Part shown: in pieces, positions 17,843 to 26,955 of the stretch
Layout: the number at the start of each line of letters is the position of its first letter
Numbering within the stretch: position 1 is the first letter of the stretch
Assembly: GCA_045117595.1 (NCBI GenBank)
Contig: JBGUNV010000002.1
Span: 2,659-66,658, forward strand
From: Lachnospiraceae bacterium
Lineage (GTDB): Bacteria > Bacillota > Clostridia > Lachnospirales > Lachnospiraceae
Length of the DNA: 64,000 nt
Direction: 5' to 3'
Position numbers and translations under genes: made by a program
The notes under the pieces: model-generated
Told to the model about the DNA's origin: nothing
Database searches by the model: none
Seen by the model: only the letters and a program-made list of their open reading frames with translations

Positions 17843-19411
17843 ATGAAATGTGTGATCGGGCGGCTAAAAGCTGCAGTTTTGATATTGATATGCGCCGTTT
17901 CTGTAACCTCCTGCAATATGCAGGGGGTTACTTCTGCCTCTGGCGCCGGAAAGGAGGGGCAGGCAGACGGCACGATAATGGTTGACATAACTATGGAAGG
18001 TGGTACGGGAAAGGCATTTGTCAGATCTCCCGTAAAGGTTACTTCCAAGGACGGTAAATATACGGCAACTCTCGTATGGAGCAGTAAAAACTACGATTAC
18101 GTGATCGTTGACGGTCAGAAGTACCAAAATGAAAACGATGGAGGGGATTCGACCTTTACCGTGCCGGTAGATACGCTTGATGAACCGTTTGTATTTATTG
18201 CGGATACTGTAGCCATGAGCAAGGCTCATGAGATAGAATATAAGATCATATGGCATACCGGTGATGACGGGAATGTCGGAGGCGAAGAGGAGGCAGACGA
18301 ATCTCCGGAATTTGAGTCTGAGACCGACGTCTCAGGATCCTTCGGCGGATTTTCGGATGCGGATTTTCCCGAAATCCCGGAGATAGCGGGTATACAGCAG
18401 ACCGGAGAAGTAAAGCTTGATCATGCCGAAGGATTCAGGATAAATAAATACGGTAACTACTGCCTTATCTCGATACGTGGTGTGGGAGATTATCTTATCG
18501 TGCCTGAAGGGGAGGATATCCCCGAGACGGATAACGGCATAAAGGTGCTCCAAAAGCCTTTTGATGCGACATATCTCGTGTCTACATCGGCAATGGACCT
18601 GGTACGCGAGCTGGAAAGCCTCGACAGCATACGATTTTCGCCCCTCAGGGCACAGGACTGGGATATCCCGGAGGTTGAAGATCTGATGAGTCGGGGAAAT
18701 ATGACGTATGCGGGCAAATACAGGATGCCCGATTATGAGCTTCTTGTTGCAAAAGGGTGTGATCTGGCTGTTGAGAACACGATGATCTACCATGATCCGG
18801 AGGTCATCGAAAAACTTGAGGAACTCGGTATCCCCGTGATCGTTGAGACTTCAAGCTATGAGGCTACTCCTCTTGGAAGGCTTGAGTGGATCAAACTGTA
18901 TGGCGTGCTTTTTGACAGGGAAAAGGAAGCCGGAGAGTATTTTGACAGCGTCAGCGAACGTATGGATGACCTTGGGAAGATACCGGATACCGGAAAAAAA
19001 GTTGCCTGCTTCTATGTATCGGCAACCGGAATGATAAACGTACGTGGCAGCGGTGATTATATGGCGAAAATGATAGGCCTGGCAGGTGGAGAATATGTTC
19101 CTGCTACAGGCGACGGCGGTACTTCTTCCGTGAACATGCAGATGGAGGATTTCTATGCTGCGGCAGCCGATGCGGATGTTCTGCTCTATAACGGCACGAT
19201 CGGGGGAGATATCGGATCTGTTGATGATCTTGTTGCCAAAAACAGCCTGTTTTCGGACTTTGAGGCGGTAAAGAGCGGGAATGTCTACTGCCTGCAGGCG
19301 GATCTGTTCCGTCATCCGACCGATACGGTGGAGTTTATGGAGGAACTAGGAGTGGTTCTTGCCGGAAACCCGGGAGAAAACGCCCAATATATACATAAAG
19401 TGGTGCAGTGA
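17843..19411 (+). CDS. ABC substrate-binding lipoprotein, BtuF/FhuD (cluster A-II) type, with an extra N-terminal domain
   Basis: Signal peptide plus lipobox (SVTSC). The C-terminal part, about 330 aa, resembles periplasmic binding protein family 2 (ATYLVSTSAMDLV, DLAVENTMIY). It sits beside FecCD-type permease and ATPase genes under the B12 riboswitch. Confidence 0.75.
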   Translation: MKCVIGRLKAAVLILICAVSVTSCNMQGVTSASGAGKEGQADGTIMVDITMEGGTGKAFVRSPVKVTSKDGKYTATLVWSSKNYDYVIVDGQKYQNENDGGDSTFTVPVDTLDEPFVFIADTVAMSKAHEIEYKIIWHTGDDGNVGGEEEADESPEFESETDVSGSFGGFSDADFPEIPEIAGIQQTGEVKLDHAEGFRINKYGNYCLISIRGVGDYLIVPEGEDIPETDNGIKVLQKPFDATYLVSTSAMDLVRELESLDSIRFSPLRAQDWDIPEVEDLMSRGNMTYAGKYRMPDYELLVAKGCDLAVENTMIYHDPEVIEKLEELGIPVIVETSSYEATPLGRLEWIKLYGVLFDREKEAGEYFDSVSERMDDLGKIPDTGKKVACFYVSATGMINVRGSGDYMAKMIGLAGGEYVPATGDGGTSSVNMQMEDFYAAAADADVLLYNGTIGGDIGSVDDLVAKNSLFSDFEAVKSGNVYCLQADLFRHPTDTVEFMEELGVVLAGNPGENAQYIHKVVQ

Positions 19412-19412
19412 T

Positions 19413-20423
19413 ATGGACAGAAAGAGGTGCATTGCGGCATTTGTTGTTATGGCAGTGCTGCTTGCGGCTGCGGTGATCATAAATCTGATAGTCGGGAGCG
19501 TATCCGTCGGTCTTGGAGAGGTTACGGATATACTTGTCGGAAGAGGCGCTGATGAAACCGCATCAAACATTATACTTTCCATAAGGCTTCCGAGGATCGC
19601 ATCCGCGGTAATCCTGGGGGGAGCACTTGCGCTGTCGGGATATATGCTGCAGACTTTTTTTGACAACCCGATAGTGGGACCTTATGTACTGGGTATATCA
19701 TCGGGTGCAAAGCTTATAGTTGCGCTCGTACTGATATCGGTTGCATCATCGGGCATCAGACTGTCATCTGTAACGCTCGTTGCTGCCGCATTTATCGGTG
19801 CCATGATGGCAATGGCATTTGTTATCCCCGTATCCATGAGGGTCAGGAGTATGGGAATTCTTGTGGTATGCGGTATAATGACGGGATATATCTGCTCGGC
19901 TGTCACAGACCTTGTTGTGACATTTGCAGATGATTCAAATATCGTGAACCTGCATAACTGGTCTATGGGGAGCCTTTCGGGAATGAATTCGGGCGATGTA
20001 AGGGTTATGGCCGTTATAGTCGGGCTGTGCTTTATCGCAGCGTTCCTTATGGCAAAACCCATAGGTGCTTACAGGCTCGGCGAGATATATGCAAGATCGG
20101 CAGGGGTTAACATAACTATACTGCGGGTGATGCTGATAATTGTTTCGGGGCTGCTGGCTGCTGTTGTTACGGCATTTGCAGGTCCGATATCATTTGTCGG
20201 GATCGCGGTCCCGCACCTTGTTAAGGGCATGACGAAGACAAGTTCGCCTTATGTGATGATACCGGGGTGTTTTCTGTTTGGGGCGGTGGTGACGCTCATC
20301 TGTGACGGTATCGCCAGATGTCTGTTTGCGCCTGTTGAAGTGTCGATAAGCTCTGTTACCGCAGCACTTCTTGTGCCTGTCGTTATAGTTGTGATGCTTG
20401 GAAGGAAGAAGATGTCGGACTGA
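19413..20423 (+). CDS. ABC permease, FecCD/BtuC family
   Basis: Start at ATG 19413, just after the upstream stop. Ten TM helices, with the typical LPRIASAVILGGALALSG and GPISFVGIAVPHL motifs. Confidence 0.85.
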   Translation: MDRKRCIAAFVVMAVLLAAAVIINLIVGSVSVGLGEVTDILVGRGADETASNIILSIRLPRIASAVILGGALALSGYMLQTFFDNPIVGPYVLGISSGAKLIVALVLISVASSGIRLSSVTLVAAAFIGAMMAMAFVIPVSMRVRSMGILVVCGIMTGYICSAVTDLVVTFADDSNIVNLHNWSMGSLSGMNSGDVRVMAVIVGLCFIAAFLMAKPIGAYRLGEIYARSAGVNITILRVMLIIVSGLLAAVVTAFAGPISFVGIAVPHLVKGMTKTSSPYVMIPGCFLFGAVVTLICDGIARCLFAPVEVSISSVTAALLVPVVIVVMLGRKKMSD

Positions 20424-20445
20424 TCTGACAAAGTATCAAAAGTAT

Positions 20446-22860
20446 ATGTCATCAGATGAAAAATCGGTTCTTTTGACCGAAAAACTTACAATCGGATATG
20501 ATGAGGATCTGATAAGGGATATATCGTTAAAAGTTACTCCCGGCAGGATCGTGACACTTATCGGGCCTAACGGATGCGGCAAATCAACGTTGCTTAGGAC
20601 TGTTTCGGGACACCTAAAAAGCCGTGGCGGTTTGGTATTTCTCGACGGCCGGGATTCATCCCTGATGTCATCAAATGACAGGGCCAGGATATTATCCCTT
20701 GTGATGACGCGAAAATCCCGTCCGGATCTTATGACCTGCCGCGAGGTGGTTGAGACCGGTCGATATCCGTATACCGGGATGATGGGAAGGCTGTCGGATG
20801 AAGATGAACAGGCGGTTGATGAAGCCATGGAGATGACGGGGATCGCGCAGCTGTCTGACAGGATGTTCACCAATATCAGCGACGGGCAGGCGCAGCGTGT
20901 CATGCTGGCCGCGGCCATAGCCAGGAAGCCCCGGATCCTCGTGCTTGACGAGCCTGTTTCATACCTGGATATCAGGTACAAGATAGATATCCTGAAAAAA
21001 ATACGCGATCTTGCTGCGACTGGGAATGTGGCTGTACTTATGTCGGTTCATGAGCCGGAGATCGCGATGAACCTGGCCGATACGGTTGTCGCCATGGGAG
21101 AAGGTCAGGTGCAAAGGATCGGAAGCCCTGCAGAAGTATTTGAGGAATCGTTCATAAGAAGACTTTATAGTCTTGGAGATGAGGATGTATCGCTGCTGGG
21201 AAGCCTTCCGTGGTATGAAGGTCCTGAAGGAGAGCGTGGGGCGGGAGGATCTGCGGATCTGCCGCATGCCAATTCAGAAAGATCTAAAAGATCAGAAAGC
21301 CCAGAAAGCGCAGAAGACTCACAAAGTAATTCGGATAGGACAACTGACCATGAAATCAAAAAAGGCGGTTCCATCATGGTCATGGGGACGATGTCGGGCG
21401 TGGGAAAGAGCGTTATTACTGCCGGACTTTGCCGCATATTCGCAAATGAAGGCCTGAAGGTGGCTCCCTTTAAGTCCCAGAACATGGCAAATAATTCATT
21501 TATTACCGATGAGGGGCTCGAGATGGGACGTGCCCAGGTGATGCAGGCACAGTGCGCCAAAACGCGCCCGAGGGCCTGCATGAATCCGGTTCTGTTAAAA
21601 CCGGTCAGTGACTGCGGATCACAGGTAGTTGTAAACGGTAAGTCCGTAGGCAACATGCGGGCAAAGGAATACCATGGCTATAAAAAAGAGCTCATACCTG
21701 TTATATGTGATGCCTTTTGTGAGCTTAAAAGCGAAAATGATGTGGTTATCGTGGAAGGTGCCGGCTCGCCCGCTGAGATCAATCTGCGGGAAAACGATAT
21801 CGTGAACATGGGACTGGCCGAAATGATCGATGCCCCGGTCATTCTTGTCGGGGATATCGACAGGGGCGGAGTATTCGCGCAGCTTATCGGAACGCTAGAT
21901 CTTCTGACAAAAGAGGAAAGAAGCAGGGTACGAGGACTTATTATCAACAAATTCAGGGGAGATAAGGAACTGCTGCTTCCGGGTATCAGACAGCTCGAGG
22001 AGAGGGCAAAGTGTCCCGTGATAGGTGTTGTTCCGTTAATGGATCTGGATCTTGAGGATGAGGACTCGCTTTCTGACAGATTCCGGAAAAAATCCCCCGG
22101 GGCATTTGATATTGTGGCGATCCGTTTTCCGCATATATCAAATTACACGGATCTGGATGTATTTGAGCAGGTAGAGGGTGTATCGGTAAGGTATATCACC
22201 GATCCTGCGGATATGCTCGATCCGGACCTTCTGGTACTCCCGGGGTCCAAGAATACGATAGGCGACATGAAGTGGATGGATGAAAAGGGTATATCCGGAG
22301 CGGTAAAAAGGCTTGCGGCAAAGGGTACTCCCGTTCTCGGGATATGCGGAGGCTTCCAGATGCTCGGAAGAGGCATAAGTGATCCTGAAAATGCTGAATC
22401 CGGCGGAAACATCGAAGGTCTAGCGCTTCTTCCGATCGATACCGTGATGAAACCCGAGAAGACGCAAAGACCGTTTGAGGGCTTTATAGACAGTGCTACG
22501 GGCATATTGCAGCAGCTAGCAGGATGTAAGGTGACGGGATATGAGATACATATGGGTATGAGCGTACCGTATGACGAAGTATCACATTTTACATCAGATG
22601 ACAGCGGATATTGCCGTGATAACATTTACGGGACATATGTACATGGCCTGTTTGACCGGAAGGAGATCGCATCTGCCATTATTACGGCTGTTGCCGCCAG
22701 AAACAAAAAGGATATAGATCCGGGCAGGATAAAGGATCTGGATGAGCTTCGCGACAGGCAATATGATATACTTGCCGAAACTCTTAAAAACAGCGTGGAT
22801 ATGGCAAAAATATACGAGATTGCCGGTATCTCGCCGGTAAGGGAAGCTGAACATGGGTAA
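20446..22860 (+). CDS. cobQ: Fusion protein: ABC ATPase (BtuD/FepC-like) + cobyric acid synthase CobQ/CbiP
   Basis: N-terminal part has Walker A GPNGCGKST, signature ISDGQAQR and Walker B ILVLDEP. A low-complexity linker of about 50 aa follows. The CobQ part has MVMGTMSGVGKSVITAGLCR, KSQNMANNS, VIVEGAGSPAEINL and a GATase end with ICGGFQMLG..YVHGLFD. It is one uninterrupted frame. Confidence 0.85.
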   Translation: MSSDEKSVLLTEKLTIGYDEDLIRDISLKVTPGRIVTLIGPNGCGKSTLLRTVSGHLKSRGGLVFLDGRDSSLMSSNDRARILSLVMTRKSRPDLMTCREVVETGRYPYTGMMGRLSDEDEQAVDEAMEMTGIAQLSDRMFTNISDGQAQRVMLAAAIARKPRILVLDEPVSYLDIRYKIDILKKIRDLAATGNVAVLMSVHEPEIAMNLADTVVAMGEGQVQRIGSPAEVFEESFIRRLYSLGDEDVSLLGSLPWYEGPEGERGAGGSADLPHANSERSKRSESPESAEDSQSNSDRTTDHEIKKGGSIMVMGTMSGVGKSVITAGLCRIFANEGLKVAPFKSQNMANNSFITDEGLEMGRAQVMQAQCAKTRPRACMNPVLLKPVSDCGSQVVVNGKSVGNMRAKEYHGYKKELIPVICDAFCELKSENDVVIVEGAGSPAEINLRENDIVNMGLAEMIDAPVILVGDIDRGGVFAQLIGTLDLLTKEERSRVRGLIINKFRGDKELLLPGIRQLEERAKCPVIGVVPLMDLDLEDEDSLSDRFRKKSPGAFDIVAIRFPHISNYTDLDVFEQVEGVSVRYITDPADMLDPDLLVLPGSKNTIGDMKWMDEKGISGAVKRLAAKGTPVLGICGGFQMLGRGISDPENAESGGNIEGLALLPIDTVMKPEKTQRPFEGFIDSATGILQQLAGCKVTGYEIHMGMSVPYDEVSHFTSDDSGYCRDNIYGTYVHGLFDRKEIASAIITAVAARNKKDIDPGRIKDLDELRDRQYDILAETLKNSVDMAKIYEIAGISPVREAEHG

Positions 22861-23941
22861 AGAGGAACTGTTCGGATTAAGAATAGATGAGCCTTCCGCT
22901 GATGTATACAAAAAGGCGAAACAGCATTTTGACGAGCTTGCCAAACCGATAGACGGGTTCGGCATGTTTGAGGATATGATATGCCGTATTGCCGCCATAC
23001 AGGGATCAGACAGACCATGTATTGACAAAAAGGCCCTTATCATTATGATCGCAGACACGAAGGTCGTAAATGAGGGCATATCCCAGACAGATCCGTCCGT
23101 GACGCTGCAGGTTGCCCGGCTTATGGGGAAGAATGAAAGCACGGTCGGAGCCATGACAAGGGGTTATGATGTTGACGTGATCCCGGTGGATGTAGGTATT
23201 GATTCTGATATTAAGATAAGCGGGATCATAGACAAAAAGATCGCAAAAGGAGCCGGGAACATAGCAACTGAGCCTGCGATGACTGCGGAGCAGTGTCTTG
23301 AGGCTATAGAGGCCGGTATAGATATGGTCAGGTACTGCCGCGAAAGAGGATACGATATCATATCCACAGGCGAGATGGGCATAGGAAATACTACGACTGC
23401 AACGACCCTGTTGTGTGCGTTGACGGGGGCGGAACCTGCTGAAGTTACAGGCAGGGGAGCTGGATTATCTGCGGAAGGTCTAAGAAGAAAAACGGATGTT
23501 ATTAAAAGAACACTGAATCTGCATAAATTAAATAACACACATAAAATAACGCCGACGAAACACTATGTATACAATGCCGTGACGAAGGTCGGAGGCCTTG
23601 ATATTGCGGCACTTTCCGGTGTATACATTGGAGCCGCACTCTATCATATCCCGGTTGTTATCGATGGTATGATAAGTGCCGTGGCGGCCCTTGCTGCTGA
23701 GTGTATGGTCGGGGGGTCACGTGCATATATGATCGCTTCACATACAGGCCGGGAAAAGGGATGCCGGATCGCTCTTGAAAGACTTGGATTAAAAGCCGTC
23801 TTGTCTGCGGACATGGCACTTGGCGAGGGTACCGGAGCCGTGATGATATTTCCGATCCTGGATATGGTAATGTCAGTGTATGATGACGGCACGCGATTTG
23901 ACGACACTCCGATAGACAGATACGAGAGATTTGATAAATGA
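22853..23941 (+). CDS. cobT: Nicotinate-nucleotide--dimethylbenzimidazole phosphoribosyltransferase
   Basis: GEMGIGNTTTAT motif, LAKPIDGFG, and typical length. Confidence 0.9.
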   Translation: MGKEELFGLRIDEPSADVYKKAKQHFDELAKPIDGFGMFEDMICRIAAIQGSDRPCIDKKALIIMIADTKVVNEGISQTDPSVTLQVARLMGKNESTVGAMTRGYDVDVIPVDVGIDSDIKISGIIDKKIAKGAGNIATEPAMTAEQCLEAIEAGIDMVRYCRERGYDIISTGEMGIGNTTTATTLLCALTGAEPAEVTGRGAGLSAEGLRRKTDVIKRTLNLHKLNNTHKITPTKHYVYNAVTKVGGLDIAALSGVYIGAALYHIPVVIDGMISAVAALAAECMVGGSRAYMIASHTGREKGCRIALERLGLKAVLSADMALGEGTGAVMIFPILDMVMSVYDDGTRFDDTPIDRYERFDK

Positions 23942-24477
23942 TCACACTGGTAAAGGGACCGCCGGACTGCGGGAAATCAAAGTTTGCGGAACAGCTGGCG
24001 GTAAACTGTAATATGAAACCGCTGTATTACCTGGCAACGATGAAGGTAATGGATGAAGTCGGGAGAGAACGCGTAAAAAAGCACCGCAGGCAGCGTGAGG
24101 GCGCGGGTTTTATAACTCTGGAGATACCGGTGGATATACAAAACTTTCCTGATACTGTGACAGATGCGGCAGGAAGCGCTGTTGTTCTGGAGTGTGTATC
24201 AAACCTTGTGGGCAATCTCATGTATGATGATCCTCATATGTCATATAAGTGCAGACAAGGAAGCGCCGGTGAAGGAGTTCTGATTGATGATGCGGTATCA
24301 CGTATCACTACTCTGGCCGGCAGGGTGGGTCATCTTATAGTTGTATCAACCGACTACGACCACAGTGAGGAAGAAGACAGTGATACGGCACTGTACATCC
24401 GATTGATAGATGCCGTAAATAATGAACTGTGCCGGATCGCAGATATGATTTATGATAAGAAAACAGGTAATTTCTGA
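23938..24477 (+). CDS. cobU: Adenosylcobinamide kinase / adenosylcobinamide-phosphate guanylyltransferase
   Basis: 179 aa with P-loop GPPDCGKSKFAE, located between cobT and cobS. Confidence 0.8.
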   Translation: MITLVKGPPDCGKSKFAEQLAVNCNMKPLYYLATMKVMDEVGRERVKKHRRQREGAGFITLEIPVDIQNFPDTVTDAAGSAVVLECVSNLVGNLMYDDPHMSYKCRQGSAGEGVLIDDAVSRITTLAGRVGHLIVVSTDYDHSEEEDSDTALYIRLIDAVNNELCRIADMIYDKKTGNF

Positions 24478-24494
24478 CCGACAGGTGGAACGGA

Positions 24495-25280
24495 TTGAAG
24501 ATATTAAGACGGATAGCTGCGGCTTTTATGCTGTATTCCATAGTGCCGATGCCGAAGAACAGCGCATCAGGTGAGGATATGGAGGGTGCGATAACTTTTC
24601 TGCCTCTGGTGGGCATAGTTATCGCCCTGGTCATGTATCCTCTTGTATGGCTGTTGTTTGTGGGAGATATTCCTGTATTTATAAGGGCGATAACAGTTAT
24701 ACTGGTTCCACTTGTCATTACAGGGAGATTTCATCTGGACGGGTTCATGGATACCGTGGATGCGATCCGTTCATATCAGCCGCGTGAGCGCAAACTTGCG
24801 ATAATGAAGGATCCGCACACGGGATCATTTGCCGTAACAGGACTGGTCATGACAGTACTGTTCATTATATCCGGCATGGGCGTGATATTGAATATACCGG
24901 CTTTTGATCCGGGCCTTACGATAAATATCTGTGGGATATTTGTGATATCGAGAGCCATGACGGCTGTGACTTCATTATGGATAAAAAAGGCAAAACAGGA
25001 CGGAATGCTTGTAAACGAGACGCTTGGGGCCGGAAGGATCCAAACGGCTGTGGTATTTACTCAAATGGCAGTTGCCCTTTTTATTATGATATGCGTAAGA
25101 TGGCAGGCGGCTTTACCGATAATCGCTGCTTTCGCAGTATTTACCAGATGGTACAGGCATATGGTAACGAAGGAATTCGGAGGTGTGACAGGGGATACGG
25201 CCGGATACTTTGTAACAGTAAGTGAAACGGTTGCGGTATGCGCTCTGGCTGTTTGCGAACTTGCCATAAGAAGTTTATAG
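24495..25280 (+). CDS. cobS: Adenosylcobinamide-GDP ribazoletransferase (cobalamin synthase)
   Basis: Polytopic protein of 261 aa with HLDGFMDTVDA and GGVTGD motifs. TTG start. Confidence 0.85.
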   Translation: MKILRRIAAAFMLYSIVPMPKNSASGEDMEGAITFLPLVGIVIALVMYPLVWLLFVGDIPVFIRAITVILVPLVITGRFHLDGFMDTVDAIRSYQPRERKLAIMKDPHTGSFAVTGLVMTVLFIISGMGVILNIPAFDPGLTINICGIFVISRAMTAVTSLWIKKAKQDGMLVNETLGAGRIQTAVVFTQMAVALFIMICVRWQAALPIIAAFAVFTRWYRHMVTKEFGGVTGDTAGYFVTVSETVAVCALAVCELAIRSL

Positions 25281-25358
25281 GAAGCTTGTGAGAGACTGAA
25301 ACCAGGTTGGTAAGAATCTGGTAGGAAGAAACAATGAGAGAAAGGAAAAACCCGACAG

Positions 25359-25979
25359 ATGGAACCGGAGACCAGAAAAACGGTAATACTGATCCGCCAC
25401 GGCAGGACCGAGTACAACACGCTTGGTAAATATATGGGAAGAGGTGTTGATATAGGCCTGTCGCCTGAAGGGATCAGGGAGATCGAGGAAAAAAGAGACC
25501 GGGTAAGGGACGTTTCCGAAGGCGCCGTGATATTTACGGGACCACTCCTTCGGGCGAAGGATACGGCAAAGCTAGTCTTTTTTGATCGGGATATAAATGT
25601 ATGCGACAGCCTGACTGAGATTGATTTCGGGGATTTTGAGGGAAAATCTGCTGCCGAATTGGGTGATGATCCGCGATACCAGCAGTGGATAGACTCTGAC
25701 GGTACACTTCAGTTCCCGAACGGGGAGAGCATAGAGGAATTCCGTGCACGTACGATGGATAGTTTACATAACATTATCCAAACGGCGGGTAATGAGCCGA
25801 AGATCGCGATAGTATGTCATGGCGGCTGCATTATGGCGATAATGAGCGGACTGTGCGGGGGAAAATACCATGATTACCTGATCCCCAATCTCGACGGTTA
25901 TATCCTGCAAATGACGGTGGAAGATGAGAGAATATCTGATATTACATATGATCGCATTGGGAGCGGGGATCATACTTGA
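25359..25979 (+). CDS. cobC: Alpha-ribazole phosphatase (histidine phosphatase family)
   Basis: LIRHGRTEYN catalytic motif and a second His in VCHGG. The context supports the call. Confidence 0.8.
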   Translation: MEPETRKTVILIRHGRTEYNTLGKYMGRGVDIGLSPEGIREIEEKRDRVRDVSEGAVIFTGPLLRAKDTAKLVFFDRDINVCDSLTEIDFGDFEGKSAAELGDDPRYQQWIDSDGTLQFPNGESIEEFRARTMDSLHNIIQTAGNEPKIAIVCHGGCIMAIMSGLCGGKYHDYLIPNLDGYILQMTVEDERISDITYDRIGSGDHT

Positions 25980-26955
25980 TATCCTGCTTGGTGATCCTCA
26001 CGGCCTTCCTCACCCGGTGCGGGCGATAGGTGCGCTTACAGCTGCGCTTGAAAGGCGTTTTAACCGGGAAGCTGACTGCGAAGATCGCAAAGATCCTGCG
26101 ATGAAGCATAAACAGCAGATAATTAGGGGATCACTACTCTGGCTGATCGTGGTGATACTTACAGCTGCGGCAGTTGTTGTTGTCATGGTAGTATCATATC
26201 GTGCCGGTAAAATAGCGGGCGTTATCGTTGAGGCGATACTTACATATTATGTACTGGCAGCAAAATCTCTTAGAGATGAGAGCATGAAGGTATATTCGTG
26301 CCTGACTGATGCTGATACGGATATAAATGAGACCAGAGCCGCGCTTTCAATGATAGTTGGAAGAGATACTGCAGCACTTGATGAGGCCGGAATTGAGCGG
26401 GCAGCGGTTGAGACCGTTGCGGAGAATACTTCCGACGGGGTGATCGCCCCGTTGATATATACTGCAATCGGAGGACCTGTGGCCGGCTTTATATATAAGG
26501 CGATCAACACCATGGATTCGATGATAGGCTATCATAATGAAAGGTATGAGTATTTTGGAAGATTTGCGGCACGCGCCGATGATGTAGCAAATTTTCTTCC
26601 CTCCAGGATAAGCGCAGTATTTATGATCGCAGCTGCGTCAATATGCGAACTATTTGATAAGGAAAAGATATACAATCACACACGTGCATTTTGCATCTGG
26701 AGACGTGACAGGAGGGCTCACAAGAGCCCTAACAGCGCCCAAACCGAGAGCGTTTGTGCGGGTTCGCTCGGCCTGAGGCTTGCCGGAGATGCGAGCTATG
26801 GCGGAGTGATCGTAAGAAAACCATACATCGGCGATGAGACTAGGTCTGTTGAGGCGGAAGATATAAAAAGGGCAATAAGATTGATGTTTGTTACGGAGGC
26901 GGTATGCACGGCGGCGATATATATAATAATATTGTTGATATTGATTTTTCCGTAA
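25924..26955 (+). CDS. cbiB: Adenosylcobinamide-phosphate synthase
   Basis: N-terminus LDILLGDPHGLPHPVRAIG, plus SPNSAQTES and a membrane topology. ATG at 25948 is an alternative start. Confidence 0.85.
   Translation: MREYLILHMIALGAGIILDILLGDPHGLPHPVRAIGALTAALERRFNREADCEDRKDPAMKHKQQIIRGSLLWLIVVILTAAAVVVVMVVSYRAGKIAGVIVEAILTYYVLAAKSLRDESMKVYSCLTDADTDINETRAALSMIVGRDTAALDEAGIERAAVETVAENTSDGVIAPLIYTAIGGPVAGFIYKAINTMDSMIGYHNERYEYFGRFAARADDVANFLPSRISAVFMIAAASICELFDKEKIYNHTRAFCIWRRDRRAHKSPNSAQTESVCAGSLGLRLAGDASYGGVIVRKPYIGDETRSVEAEDIKRAIRLMFVTEAVCTAAIYIIILLILIFP

Noticed and set aside
21240-21360. The low-complexity linker of the ABC-CobQ ORF. I considered it as a hidden gene boundary, that is, two genes.
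   Set aside because: No stop codon occurs in frame and no Shine-Dalgarno sequence is evident before the internal ATGs. I kept it as a fusion and flagged the alternative in the finding at 20446-22860.
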